The notes: a model not told the origin generated them from the sequence alone. DNA of 64,000 bases from Octopus bimaculoides (GCF_001194135.2 NC_068995.1:24530575-24594574), one strand, 5' to 3'; shown: positions 1-12,117, counted from the first letter of the stretch. Numbers and translations: made by a program.

Positions 1-627
1 CTGACAAACGGGGACCACACCTGCTCATGGAGACCTCACAAAACTATGGTCACCTTGATTGCTAAGGTTGGTGCCCTCTCTATATTGTCCTCCTTCAGCC
101 TACAGGTTCACTTGGACCATTCTTGCAACATTCACCCACATTTTAACAAAATTGCTGGGAGGTAGCACTTCCTTCTCTACTCTCACTTTCCTTTTCAAGT
201 GAAACTTAAAAAAGTTGATGAGGGCTTGGCCAAAGAGGAAGCACATCAACAGCCATGGCATGCCTGGCCCTCCATTCAGTGGGTATTGACAGACAATGGA
301 GCACCTGACAAGTGGAACATATCTCTTTCACAGAAAGTGAAAGAGTATGTGCTCCAGTTTGGTCAGACATAAACTAGTACAAAGCACAAAGGTCAAATGA
401 TTATATATAATGGAGGCAAGGTAAGCATTTGTCACGCCTGCCCGACCTTTCAGATATTTCACCATGTCCCAGTTCTTCTCCACCTGAAGATTTGGATGGA
501 ACCAGACCCCGAGCAATTTAACTGGTCCCTCTGTTCAACATCCCACAACATTATTGGACTAGCAGTTAATAAGCTCCATGAGAAGCTACACTTCCCATGG
601 AACTTATTTCAGGAGAAACCATGTTAG
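1..627 (+). mobile_element. Decayed non-LTR retrotransposon ORF2 C-terminus (RNase H-like + CCHC-like; I/Ingi-type)
   Basis: Frame +1 is open over 208 codons except two stops. YSH...KVDEGLAKEEA resembles the RNase H PSH..GNE.AD.LAK motif; CHAC-x7-H resembles the C-terminal zinc knuckle. Confidence 0.42.
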
Positions 628-1520
628 TAGCAATTATTTTGTCAGCTGTATTCCTGAAGTTGAATATCTCTATGAAAAGAGACAGTATTGAAAAGAAAAG
701 AGACAGTACATCAATAGTAGTATCAATAATCAAAATATACAAAGTATTCACATCTGGAAATTCACATTCTAAATCCCTGCATTTTGTATTCAATTTTTCA
801 AAAGTTGATGTACCAAAATAAAAGGTGTTGATGTTTAGTGTTCAACATTTTTGCATGTTTAAAGGAAATTAATTTCAATTTTTATAAGTGGTGAACCTTA
901 ATGTCTGTTGCTTTCCTCTTTGTAATATTAAGCAATTGAAAAACCAAATTTAACTAGTTACCATATATTCCTACATAGAAGTCGAATTTTTCAGACCAAA
1001 GTTTACAGTCAGAAAAAGTAAATCAACTCGTACATCAAGAATTGCAGCAGATAGTGAGGATGTATAAATGTTTATACATGTTTACGTAATATACTGTGCC
1101 AACTTGTATACTAGAAAATATGGAATGAAGATAGTCTGTGCTAGGAGGCTTTCATATAGGTAAAATTTGACTTGAGCCTGCCAATTAACAAATCACTCAT
1201 CAATGCTCCTTGTATGATCTGCAAACTTTTCTATCCACAGTATCTACTTACAAATTGTCTAGGCTAAGCCATTAAGAATTAAATGTCTTAGTAATTTAAA
1301 CATTTGAGTTTATAAAATGTTGTTCAAGTTTACCATATTTTGATGTTTAACTCACCATATTTCAGGACCTTTGGTACAATACTAATTCTGTTCTTTTATT
1401 ATTTTAATATTGCAGTTGGGAATTAATAGCAAATTCACTCTGTCACTACCTACAGGTATAGCATAGTGGATAAAGGCATTGGTCAATGCAGTACAGTCAG
1501 CTAGAAGTTCTGAGTTCAAA

Positions 1521-1650
1521 AACACCTGAAGAAGGTTGAACTGTACAACAGCTGAAACGTGAAGGCAACTATCAAGATGAGGACCCCCATCCAACTAATG
1601 TAAACAATGTACATAATATAAAATTCCTCATCTCAGAAATATAGAATTGT
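1521..1650 (+). ncRNA. Hammerhead-ribozyme-like core within a Penelope-type terminal repeat (probably inactive copy)
   Basis: CTGAAGA 1526-1532, stem II GGTTG/CAGCT (1534-1538/1549-1553, all WC or GU pairs), GAAAC 1554-1558, then GTG instead of a cleavable NUH. Confidence 0.45.
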
Positions 1651-2034
1651 ACTTTGTAAGTTGGTGTAGGACAAATATCAACAAAGGATTTGATTCAGAA
1701 AACACTTTTATTTTATTCAGCTTTCTCATTGATATGTTTGACATCACTGAGGCATCCAATGTGCATTGACAAAGGATACACCCCCACCCTGTCTTCCTCA
1801 CAATTTCCAAATGAAACTCCACTTGTAAGTCATTGGTCAACCCAAGGCTGTATTGTAAGTCACTTGCCAAGGGATTCTATCTGAATCCATGTGGTTGCAA
1901 AGCAAACTTCATAGCCATGCAGTGATACACACAGACTACAACAGCGAGCTATTACTCTGAAATGTACTCTAGCTAACAATGCTTCTGGTTATAAAGACTA
2001 TGTTTTTTTTTTTATAAAACATTGTTGTACAGAT

Positions 2035-2160
2035 GATGATGGTGGTGGCAGCAACACTGATAATGATTTAGTGTCCATGTTCCATGCTAGCATTGGTTGG
2101 ATGGTTTGATGGGATCCAAGGGGCCTAACACCTGCATCGTAGCCCAGTGTCTGCTTTGGC
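2035..2160 (-). mobile_element. RTE-LINE 3' tail fragment with (GAT)n end
   Basis: Reverse complement matches the ccaaccaatgctagcatggaac tail seen in better copies such as 42705-42881. Confidence 0.6.
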
Positions 2161-2212
2161 TTCGGTACTAAAAGTTTGAATTGATATATGAGTTTCTGAT
2201 ATTGTACACTTA

Positions 2213-2640
2213 CAAAGACAGTGAGCTGGCAGAATCGTTACCTCGCTGGACAAAATGCTTAGCAGCATTTCTTCTGTCTTTATGTTCTGGGTTCAAATTC
2301 TGCCAAGGTTTATTTTGTCTTTTATCCTTTCAGCAGGTCAACCAGTTGAGTACTAGACTGTAATAGACTTACCCGCTCCTCCAAAATTGCTAACCTTGTG
2401 CCAAAACTTGAAACCAATCTTGTACTTTTACAAGGGCAGAATCATTTCTACATTGGACAAAATGATAAGCAGCATTTCTTCCATCTTTACGTTGAGTTCA
2501 AATTCTGCAGAGGTTAACTTTGCCTTTCATCCTTTCAGGGTCGATAAAATAGGTACCAATTTAGTACTGGGGTCAATGTAATAGACTTACTCCCTCCGCT
2601 AAAATTTCTGGCTTTGTGCTAAAACTTGAAACCATTATTG
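2213..2640 (+). mobile_element. Two tandem copies of tRNA-derived SINE family A
   Basis: Head gagctggcagaatcgtta, B-box-like gagttcaaattc, core actttgcctttcatcctttcagggtcgataaaat. Confidence 0.8.
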
Positions 2641-2705
2641 TATGTACATTTACTTATTCAGCCTTTGGACTTTCATTTACTGTTTTTCCTTATGTTCTGT
2701 CACAG

Positions 2706-2799
2706 AATGATGAAGAAACATGTATAAAATATAGACAACAGCAGCCTATGGCATGTTCACATTCGCAAGCATCATCTCAATCCAGTGAGGAAACAAATG
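2706..2799 (+). CDS. Candidate isolated internal exon (NDEETCIKYRQQQPMACSHSQASSQSSEETNG), gene unknown
   Basis: Long pyrimidine tract tgtttttccttatgttctgtcacag, open Q/S-rich frame, donor ATG|GTAAGG; non-repetitive sequence between SINEs. Confidence 0.4.
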
Positions 2800-3849
2800 G
2801 TAAGGATGGTTGTTTCTTTCAAATATTCTAGTATGTGTCATGATTTTATGGCTGTGATTTAGCTATTTGTGTTATTTTGAAACCTGGTTTTATTTTATAA
2901 AATTTTTGAGGAGTAATATAGTAATGTAATAAACCAGAAATATTTTTAAACAGTTGTAATTATTCTTGTTATGAGAAGAAAAGTCATCAGTGTTAATAAG
3001 AATTCTTTTGAAAAAAAAACACTGAGGGAAGAAACTCCAAAATTTAAATTGACTAAAAATTAAATGTAGTTTTGTATTAAGTAGAATTAAAAGATATCCC
3101 AACGTGACATGTAATCACGGGGATGTGAGTTCGAGTCCACAGCTAGCCACCTACACTTTTCTCTGCAAAATAGGGATAGTTTACCCTGTTCAGGCTATAT
3201 TATTAGCATTATTCTGCGATTGAGAATTTAAAATCACTTCTTTAACTTTCTAAAAAAGACATCTCAACGCTTCTAAAAGCAAACTTCGTTTGTTTATTTA
3301 CGTTTGTCGTAATTTGAATTTAACATAAGATATTGTATTATTTTTCAGAGTAATGTAAGACAGTGACATTGTTGACAATTTTATGAAGTGTGATAGTACC
3401 ATGTAGTCATGATATGAACTGCAGTTGTGAATAGTAGGACATAGTTACAACAAAAATTGATAAAAATGTATGTTGGTTGGGTCACAATAACAGATTCCCC
3501 AGACAACTACTTTACTTCCAACTATGCAAGGGAAAAAAAAACTATAGAAGATATAGACTGAAATTCAAAGATATTGCAAAAAAGGAATTTGAAGTGGAAA
3601 GGAATTGATCATAATAAATGATCAGTATGGAGAAAGCTTATCAAGTCGTGCCAAAGACAAGAACAGCCATAGTCATGACAACTGACTACAAATCCATCAG
3701 TCATGAAGATTTGTGTAGTGTTTTGAGAATTCCGATATTGTAACACTTCAGAATCTTAGTTTCCCTCTATAGTTTTCTGTTTTTTTTAAATTTTTAAATT
3801 TTTCTCTATTATGATCTGTTTTTTGCTTTGAAGAAATTTAATGAAAGCA

Positions 3850-4115
3850 ATGTAAATCTCCTTTCTGAAACTGCACATCTATGGGCTCCACTTACGTCTC
3901 ATCTCTTGGGTTGGTAGCTTCATGTTAGATTATACTAATGGTATGTGTGACAATAATGGAACTTTTTTTGTTCCTCATTCAATCAACTCTGGTATCCCCC
4001 ATGATTTGGTTTTGTCCTGATTCTCTTCTTTCTATTCATAAATGACTTACCTGCCATTACATCCAACAATGCCTACTTTTATGCAGATGATACTAACTTT
4101 CATTTCTCCTTAGCT
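3850..4115 (+). mobile_element. CR1/L2-group LINE reverse-transcriptase fragment
   Basis: Frameshifted translation ...SGIPHD...LFINDLPAITSNNAYFYADDT; YADD starts at 4080. Confidence 0.78.
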
Positions 4116-4144
4116 TTCCCCAGCCATGTACTGTCCACTGTCCA

Positions 4145-4480
4145 CTAAATTTATTACTATAAAAGGTAAAACCCCTTTCAGTCATGAATGACCGTGGGAT
4201 TGCACCTAGAAAATTACCCTCTGAGGCACAAGTCCTGGCAGAGTTGTTTATGGAAGACCAGCAGTCAGCCATGTATACCAGCCTCTCCTCTCCATGTCAC
4301 CGATGTTATCCAAGAAAAGGACAAAGGCTAATATAGCTTGGCACCACTGATGTTGCAACTTATTTCTTCATCTAAGTGAACTGGAGCGACATGAAATAAA
4401 GTGTCTTGCTCAAGAACACAACACACTGCCGGTCCAGGAATCGAACTCACTACCTCTAACCATTGAGCTATGTGCCTTCA
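4145..4480 (-). mobile_element. tRNA-derived SINE family C (head shared with 13325-13655, different tail)
   Basis: Minus strand: tgaaggcacatagctcaatggttagag, gagttcgattcc, gttcttgagcaagacactttatttca. Confidence 0.7.
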
Positions 4481-4489
4481 CTACTATAC

Positions 4490-4520
<31 letters not shown>

Positions 4521-4529
4521 ACAGTATAT

Positions 4530-4915
4530 AGGTGTAGCTGAGTGATAAGATGTTTGCTTGTCAACCACATGATTTTGAATTCAATCCTGCTGCATGATGC
4601 CTTGGGCAAGTGTCTTCAGCTATAGCCCTGGACCAAACAAAACTTTGTTAATGAATTTGATTGACAGAAATTGAAAGAAGCTCATCATATATATGTCTGT
4701 GTGTTTGTGTTTATTGCCCACCACCACCACTTGACAACTAGTGTTGGTTTATTTATGTCCCCATAACTTAGCAATATGGTAATAAAAGAAACTGACAAAA
4801 TAAGTACCAGACTTCAGAAAATAAATAATTCTTGTGATAGATTTGTTCAATTAAAAACCTTCAAGGCAGTGTTCCAGCATGGATGTAGCCCAATGACTGA
4901 AAGAAGTAAAAGATA
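4530..4915 (+). mobile_element. CORE-type SINE family B (octopus OR-like)
   Basis: tRNA-like head, ccttgggcaagtgtcttc CORE motif, internal (TG)n, 3' gtgttccagcatgg...gactgaaa tail. Confidence 0.8.
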
Positions 4916-5149
4916 TAAATTTTGCATGTATGTTCATCCTCATCATTTAACATCCGCCTTCCTTACTGGCATGGATTGAACAAAGTTATGTTTATAAATG
5001 TGAATGTGTATATGCACATGCACACACTCCCTCATAGTCATGTTGTGTTGATCTAATGTTATTTATTTCCATAGATATTGTCAGTATAATGGAATTAGAG
5101 AAGGTATCAGGCCATTTGGAATTATTTATCCCAGGAAAAGGTGGATATC

Positions 5150-5460
5150 AAGTGCTGTATAAATCATAATTCAAAGTCAGCATTATTTTTGTTTATTTGT
5201 TTCATTTATTCTTTTTTGTTTACTTTTGTTTTTTTAAATCTCATTTTTACGAACTGACGATGACTTGTTTTGTATTCTTCTGAAGATGCTGCATAAATAC
5301 TGAACAATTTCATTATAATTGCTTTGTTTATATTCTTTTTTTTATTTATTTATTTACTGTTTATTATGTGACAAAATTCAATATACCAGCTGAAGATTTT
5401 CATTTGAGAGAGAATAAATGAAATCTTTTAAAATCTATGTTTTCAATTTTTGTCTTAGTT
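5150..5460 (+). repeat. T-rich repeat with three CTGA(A/C)GA motifs; possible decayed Penelope terminal repeat
   Basis: ctgacga near 5254, ctgaaga near 5280 and 5390; none completes a hammerhead fold. Confidence 0.3.
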
Positions 5461-5679
5461 ATCAATCAATATTCTTTGGAATCCTGTTCAGTTATTGATC
5501 TGATTTTAATATGTTGATGGGATGTAAATTCTCATCAAATAGAGTCTATGATTGTTTTCATTCACTCCATCTTGAATTTTTTTGGTAAAAATATGAACAC
5601 CACATACTCTCATTTCCCCCACTCTAATATAACTCTTTAAACCAATATTTAGAAATCTATTTTTTATGTGAAAAGCACC

Positions 5680-5890
5680 CAGGCTACACGGTAAAGTGGT
5701 TGACATTTGGAAGAACATCCAGCTGTAAGACCATGCCAGAATAAACCTCGCTGGTGCTGGTGCCACATGAAAAGCATCCAGGCCACTCTGTAAAGTGGTT
5801 AGTGTCAGGAAGTTATTCAACCATAAAAACCATGCCAAATCAAGCAGTGGAGCCTAGTGCAGTCTTCTGCCTTGCCAGCTCCTGTCAAAC
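5680..5890 (+). mobile_element. RTE-LINE 3' tail fragments
   Basis: aaaagcaccc...acatccagctgtaaga motif repeated twice. Confidence 0.65.
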
Positions 5891-6089
5891 CAGAGACCTG
5901 TCTGTGGATTCAGTTGGGGTTGTGCGATAGGCAAAAAGTAAATGATCCAGTTTAGTCTAGAGGTTTTCGGTACTTCGCTGTTTTGTTCCATTCTTAATTG
6001 GTGGAGTTGGGCTATTGCTTGTTAATTGTGCTGGATTACTGGGTTCAATACTCATGTATGCTCAACTAGCATGTGTCCAACTTTTAACT

Positions 6090-6370
6090 CAACTGGCACT
6101 CTGTTGGTTACGACAACAAGTGTTCCAGTTGATCCAATCAATGGAACAGCCTTCTTGTGAAATTACCATGCAAGTGACTGAGCACTCCACAGATACACAT
6201 ATCCATAATGTAGTTCTCAGGGAGATTCAATGTGACACAGAATGTGACAAGGCTGACCCTTTTGAAATATAGGTACAACTCCTTTTTGCCAGCTCAAGGA
6301 CACAGTGCACTGCCAAGTATCGAATTCATGGCCTCACTATTGTTAGCCAAATACCCTGACCACTAGAGCT
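6090..6370 (-). mobile_element. SINE family C with internal deletion
   Basis: gttccagttgatccaatc...gtgactgagcactccacag...caaggacacag, matching 13325-13655 reversed. Confidence 0.75.
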
Positions 6371-7039
6371 GTTTGTACCAATAATATACACACACTTTTA
6401 AATTGTAGAACTATTTAAATCCCTCCTTATTATAAGGAAACTGAAACATTGCCAGCCCTTTCTCTCGCCATCTATCATACCCTTCCCAAATAATTCATAC
6501 TCCACAGTGGCTTGTACCCCAACCATTTTTTTGGAAGAATGAAATAAAAAGTATGAGAGAGAATTGTTTTCTGTCAGAGTAGGGGATTGTCGTTTCTGTA
6601 TCATTACAAACAGTATTCATCTTCATTGAAGGTAACATCATTATATGTTGGCTAGTCTTGGGATTCAACAATTGAACTTCTATATTGTCTCTTAATATGC
6701 CAGAAATAGTGGCCATCAATTTACACTCTTGAATAAAGGATATACTGGACAATATAGTTCTTGATATACAAATAGAGAGGATGGATGGTCATGGCTAGAG
6801 CACCTTTCATCATAAGTTTGTTTGATCAGGGATGATCTACAGTTAAGCAACAACAAAGTTTACTTCCAGTCAAATAGGAGAGGTATTTGCTTTGTCGTTT
6901 TTCTTGCTAGAAATAGCAGCCAAATAACCTTCAAATTATATCCTATTTTAAACTAGGAAAGGACTCATTGGATAATGTAGTCTAATATTCACAAAGATAA
7001 AAATGAGGAAAAACTGCTTGGAGAGTAGTGTTTCTCTTA

Positions 7040-7230
7040 ATAATTCTTTCTAATGTTGGCACAAAGCCAGCAATTTTGAAGAGTGGGACAGTCTATTACA
7101 TAAACCCCAGTGCTGGTACTTATTTTATCAACCCCAAAAGGATGAAAGATAGTGTTGAACTTGGCAGGATTTGAACTCAGTATGCAAAGAGTTGCAAAGA
7201 ACTTTTCTGACACTAACATTACTGTCCACT
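7040..7230 (-). mobile_element. SINE family A
   Basis: ggcacaaagccagcaatttt...aaaaggatgaaag...gatttgaactcag. Confidence 0.75.
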
Positions 7231-8759
7231 CACCATCTTTCATTGACACAAAATGATTAAGTTTATTTAATATTTTTGTAATTTTTTTAATTAGAAATGC
7301 TCAACTTTACAAGCTGGCAATGTTCAGCAAATATTTTTTCAGTTCTCTTTGTACATGACAAGTTCAGCTACAAACTAAATATGAATTTATGTTGGTAAGA
7401 GAGAGGAAAAAGAAAAAAAAAACCCACTTGGAAACTGAAAGCATTATGAACATGCAACAAAATACACTTCTTTTTCAGGCCTGTCTCTCTTTCTTATCAA
7501 TAACTGCCAATCAATAATGCAGACGTCCAAACTACTCTATTTTTAATACTGCAAATTGACGTCATAGTTTCACCAAATGGCACTGAACCAGCAGACAAAC
7601 AAACCTTTATTTCCTTTCGCTATTTAGAGTACTTTAATTAGGAGAACATTAGCAGTTATCAGTATATTGACTACTAAATCTCTCCATTATCTCACTACTT
7701 ACTCTAGGGGGTGCATATTTCAATTCAAAATTTCAAGATAAAACTGATAGACTAGATTGGAGGTCAGTCTATCAAAGAAGTTCAATTCTGATTAAAAAGT
7801 TAAAGTGATTAATATAACCTGATAACCAAACTATATCCACATTGTTATCAATGATATGATGTTTCCCACTCTCAAAGGTTCAGTTCACTTAGCTCTGAAT
7901 AAGTATAATGAGTGGCTCAATTTACTACTGTTGATGGCAGGGGAACTGTGTAATTGATGAGTGTTTTATTAGTATGTAATTCTAAGTTCTAATCTTCTCA
8001 TGAGCAAAATCTGTGACTGAATATCATTCCTATTCAGAGTCAGAGAATAGAGTATTAGATATTTAATTGTAGTCCTCATCTGTAGCTGGACACAACTGGG
8101 AAGCCAGTAATGTACATAAAAATCTACAACAGAAGGTCCTCGTTTTCAAATTAGGTTCAGTCATCTGATTTTCTTCAAAATGTCTCACATCTTACTGTTC
8201 TTTATCAATAACCCTGAATTGTACACTTATATAGATCAATAGGAGTGTGTGTGTGTGTGTGTGTGTGTTGACTGAACCTGTCCTAGTATCCCGAGTATTT
8301 TGTATGTACCCCTATTAACTGTTGAGTTTGAGGGTGATGAAAGGTGTTTCTGCATTTCATTAAGTGTAAATATATTAGTGTGAGGCTGGTGGAGTTTTAT
8401 TGAGTTTGTGCTGTGTAAAGTTTGATGCAAAGAGGGCAGCAAATATAGAAGCTTTCTCCACAGGAAGACTGTTTCTGAAGCCATTATGGTTGGGTAGGGA
8501 TTGATTGAAGGATTACAAAAATATTATTTTGGCAACTAACCAAAATAACTAGCAATGATTTGGAAGTAGAACAACATGCAAGCTATGCAATGCATGAGCA
8601 AGTCCTTTAGATTGTTTTTAATTGTTGTCTTAGAAGAGTTGCCATAGTGAATAAAACCCACCCAGTGATAGAAATTAATGATTTTTTTCCCCAGTTATTT
8701 TAGGCCTTGTTCTTTGCTTGTACTGGTGCAGAGCAACTCTGTATGAACCAGTCAGTATA

Positions 8760-9500
8760 TTTGCATCATGGGCCTTGCTTATCGGAGAAGTTTTAACAAG
8801 CATAAAGATTATTTAGCAGATTTGGATTAGTAAGAGTGAAGCACACTTATTGCTAGATACAGTTAGCATAAAATTAGCAGACCTCTGACTAGCTAACAGG
8901 AAGTGCTGTGATATTCTGGAAGGAAGGTTAACAATGATTAGATAGTGATTAGATGATTCAACAGATGTTAAGATGGTGGAGTTTGGAAAAGCTAGGTTTT
9001 AAGGAGAGAAGAGATTAAGGTTTGAAGTGTTCTTGTTGATCAGCATACATGTAGCTGACAAGGCTGTCTTATCACATGGACATCCAAAAGTGTTGCTTAT
9101 GGGCCTCAAGATTTAATCTGAAAAACAAAGACTAAGGTCCATATTATTCTTATTGTATTGTCCCAAGTCAACTTTGATCAAGCAGTTCTGTGGTGCATAG
9201 ATAGACCGACTTCTCTCTTAATGTGGACTGCACTAAACACATGCGGTACTAAATTCTATGATATACAGGGTGACAGTCTGAGCTTAGTGTGCTTTCTCCA
9301 CTGTCGTATCCACTCCTGTGTGTCTGCAGGTTCTGGTTGTGTACATCAGAAGCAGATAGGGTTAACACAGTTGTCTCACTGAACCTGGTGGAGATGAATA
9401 ACCCAGCATGGAGTTAGAAGCTAGTGAGGTTGTAGATGTTGCAGCTATATCTGCATTGTTAAATCAACAATGTAGATATAGTTGCATCATCACAGAAATA
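8760..9500 (-). mobile_element. Possible decayed I-group LINE ORF2 C-terminus
   Basis: Minus-strand fragments HC*FNNADIAA (RNase H-like), EWIRQWRKHTKLR and CPC; heavily decayed. Confidence 0.25.
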
Positions 9501-9544
9501 GCAGCTGTGACATCACAGTCAGCATTGTTCACAAAAGAAATCAG

Positions 9545-10790
9545 TGTGATTTCTGTTACCTACTTTCTTGTTTCTAGAGATTTGGTGTTTCATAGAGAAT
9601 CAAATTATTGACTTCTCAAGAAACAGAAATTTTCTGGGCATTCTTGTACTATTGAGTGGATTTGACTCATTTTTGCAAGAACATTTAAAAATGTATGAAA
9701 TTAGCAAACATTTGCAAAGTATTTATTGAAATAATGGAAGAAATCTAAAAGTCAAAGTATTATTCTGTAAGTGTTAATTCTACTGAAGACATCTTAAATA
9801 TTGATCAACTGATATTTACTGTTTGATACATTTGTGAAAGTGAGCTGATGTAATGTTCTGCCAAATTCATCTCCATCTTTTCTCACTATGCAAAGAATTT
9901 TAGAAGAATTTACCATTTTCAAACTTTTTTTGGTCAGTCTCACAACAATGCTTCAAATATGTCAGGACACTAAACTGGATTGAATTTACTACCCATAACT
10001 ATTTATCTTCCATCAAGTTCTGACTGTGCTGGATGCAGTTTAAACTCCGTGGGAGTAAAATCAACACAATGTGATCTACTGAACATCTTTGACTTTGTTC
10101 AGTACTTATATTCTTTTTTATCTGCTCTCACACATTACTGGAATGTTCTGACATCATACTTTGGAAAGAATCATGTTGTGTTCATCTCTTTAGTAGAAGA
10201 TGGTCGGCACATTTTGATGGTGTTACTATCCTTTGTGGGGGCTTTGAAAAAATTCCAGATTCATTGGATAAAGAATGAAACGCATGACACTAGGCAAAAG
10301 GATTGAAGAAGAAAATGGAGAAATGGAGACTGGAATGAAAGAGGGATCAAAACAACTTAAATATTACAATCAAAAGATGTGGATATGTTTGTTGTTATTG
10401 ATCTCCTCAAGTCTCTGAAAGCTTGTCTTTTAGAAATGAAAACTTAAATTCAGTGAGTTTGTAGTGAAAAGTAGATGCTGCTGTTCAAATTTTAAACTTA
10501 GTGATTGAGACAGATGTGCCAGAAAGGGAAGTGTACACCTTACTCAATATGATGGATCGTTCAAGATTAAAACATCTCTTTCTGACTAAACATGTAGAAG
10601 CCTATGGAAATATCAGTTATCTGTTTTCTTTGTTTAGTCAGTTAAAAGCAGTTGACTGTAATGAATTTAGTCAAAGATGTGAAAACTTGTCTTAATGAAT
10701 GAATTACACAATGAATTCAAGACCTTCCAAACATGCACAGCAAATACATTTCAGATAAGCTGAAACCACATTCAGAATATTTATAGACAT
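9545..10790 (+). mobile_element. hAT transposase relic (ZMYM1-like type)
   Basis: Frameshifted motifs VISVTYFLVSRDLVF, RNFLGILVLL, KSKYYSVSVNSTEDILNIDQLIFTV, GQSHNNASNMSG, CAGCSLNSVGVK...FDFVQYLYSFLSALTHYWNVL. Confidence 0.8.
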
Positions 10791-11367
10791 AATAGGAACC
10801 AACTATACTCGGGCACATAAATTGTTCAGGTAGAAAATAGAATTCTTTTTACAACATGAGACAGTAAGAGTTGGGTCTACCTTCCTTTTCACATTGAAAG
10901 CAATATCCTCCAGAACATAGAATTTCACCCTTTTATGAAATGAAATGCTGCAAATTTTATAGTTGTAAAACTTTAAAGTATTGCAGACAAGGGAAGTTAA
11001 GTGGAGATGAATGGCTTGTGAGAGTTATACAAGTTGTGTACAAAGATGCAGTAAATTAAGTGAGAGTCAATCATGATTTCAGTGATGAATCTAGTGTGAG
11101 GGTAGGAGTCCATCAAAACTCAGTCCCCAATCCTCTCCAATTCATCATGATCCCATAATACATTCTCAGAGAAGTTTACAACTTCTGTAGGAATTTCTCT
11201 ATACTGAAGATCTAGTTCTTATAGCTGAATCAATAGGGTAATTATATGGGAAGTTTCAGGCATGGAAGCTAAATTGAAAATTGCAAAGTCTTAAAAGACA
11301 AAAGGTTTAGTAAATAGGAAAGAAAGCAGAAGCTTGATATCTTTGGAGAAACTGTTTTGCTTGATGT

Positions 11368-11401
<34 letters not shown>

Positions 11402-11893
11402 AGTAGGTATAAACTTCATAAAGTTTCCCCATTGTAAGCTATGGATACATGAGATGTCGTAGAATCACAGGCAGACTAACTGAAAATGTAAGCTTTGTTT
11501 GTGATAGATGCACTGGAGCAGTACATACTCTGAACACACTGGAAATAGATTCTCTTAAATGCCTGGATGGCTCACTAGCAGTAATCAATAGCTTTTGTTA
11601 CCTTAGAGATATAATTAGCAAGTGCAGTGGTTGCTCTGAAAATATAATAGCCAGGGTAAGAATAGGCAAGAGAAAGTTCAGGGAGCTACTATCACTACTA
11701 GCAACGAAGGTCTTTTCACTCATAATTAAGTAAGGGTAGATTATATGATACAGTTTAGGGAAGTGCTAATCCGTTAATGTGGATGGAACTTTCAGAAGAG
11801 GGAGTCCCTAGAAGACATAGGACGCAGTGGTGAGGGCTGATCTCAGGGCCTTGAGTGTTGCAGAAGAGATGACAAAGGACCAAGATGATACTT

Positions 11894-12117
11894 AAGGCAG
11901 CGAGCTGGCAGAATCGTTAGCACGCTGGGCAAAATGCTTAGCAGTATTTCATCTGCCGCTACGTTCTGAGTTCAAGTTCTGCCGAGGTCGACTTTGCCTT
12001 TCATCCTTTCGTTGATTAAATAAGTACCAGTTATGCACTGGTGTCGATGTAATTGACTTAATCCCTTTATCCTCGTTTGTCTCCTCTATGTTTAGCCCCT
12101 TGTGGGCAATAAAGAAT
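11894..12117 (+). mobile_element. SINE family A, near full length, nested in RTE
   Basis: aaggcagcgagctggcagaatcgttagcacg...gaggtcgactttgcctttcatcctttcg...ccccttgtgggcaataaagaat. Confidence 0.9.

Noticed and set aside
1340-1460. Splice-like signals (minus GTGAGT donor; plus ttgcag acceptor)
   Set aside because: No sustained open frame; adjacent sequence is a SINE head plus a Penelope-type repeat.
3349-3354. 6-nt microexon candidate (tttttcag|AGTAAT|gtaaga)
   Set aside because: In phase 1 after the 2706-2799 exon it creates GAG TAA; no upstream UGC microexon motif.
5250-5420. Three CTGANGA motifs as functional hammerheads
   Set aside because: No correctly placed GAAA with stem II, and no stem I/III pairing.
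6495-6752. 85-aa minus ORF as an exon
   Set aside because: No recognisable domain and no convincing donor.
7745-7774. 9-bp hairpin TGATAGACT...AGTCTATCA
   Set aside because: Short enough to be expected by chance in 64 kb of AT-rich DNA.
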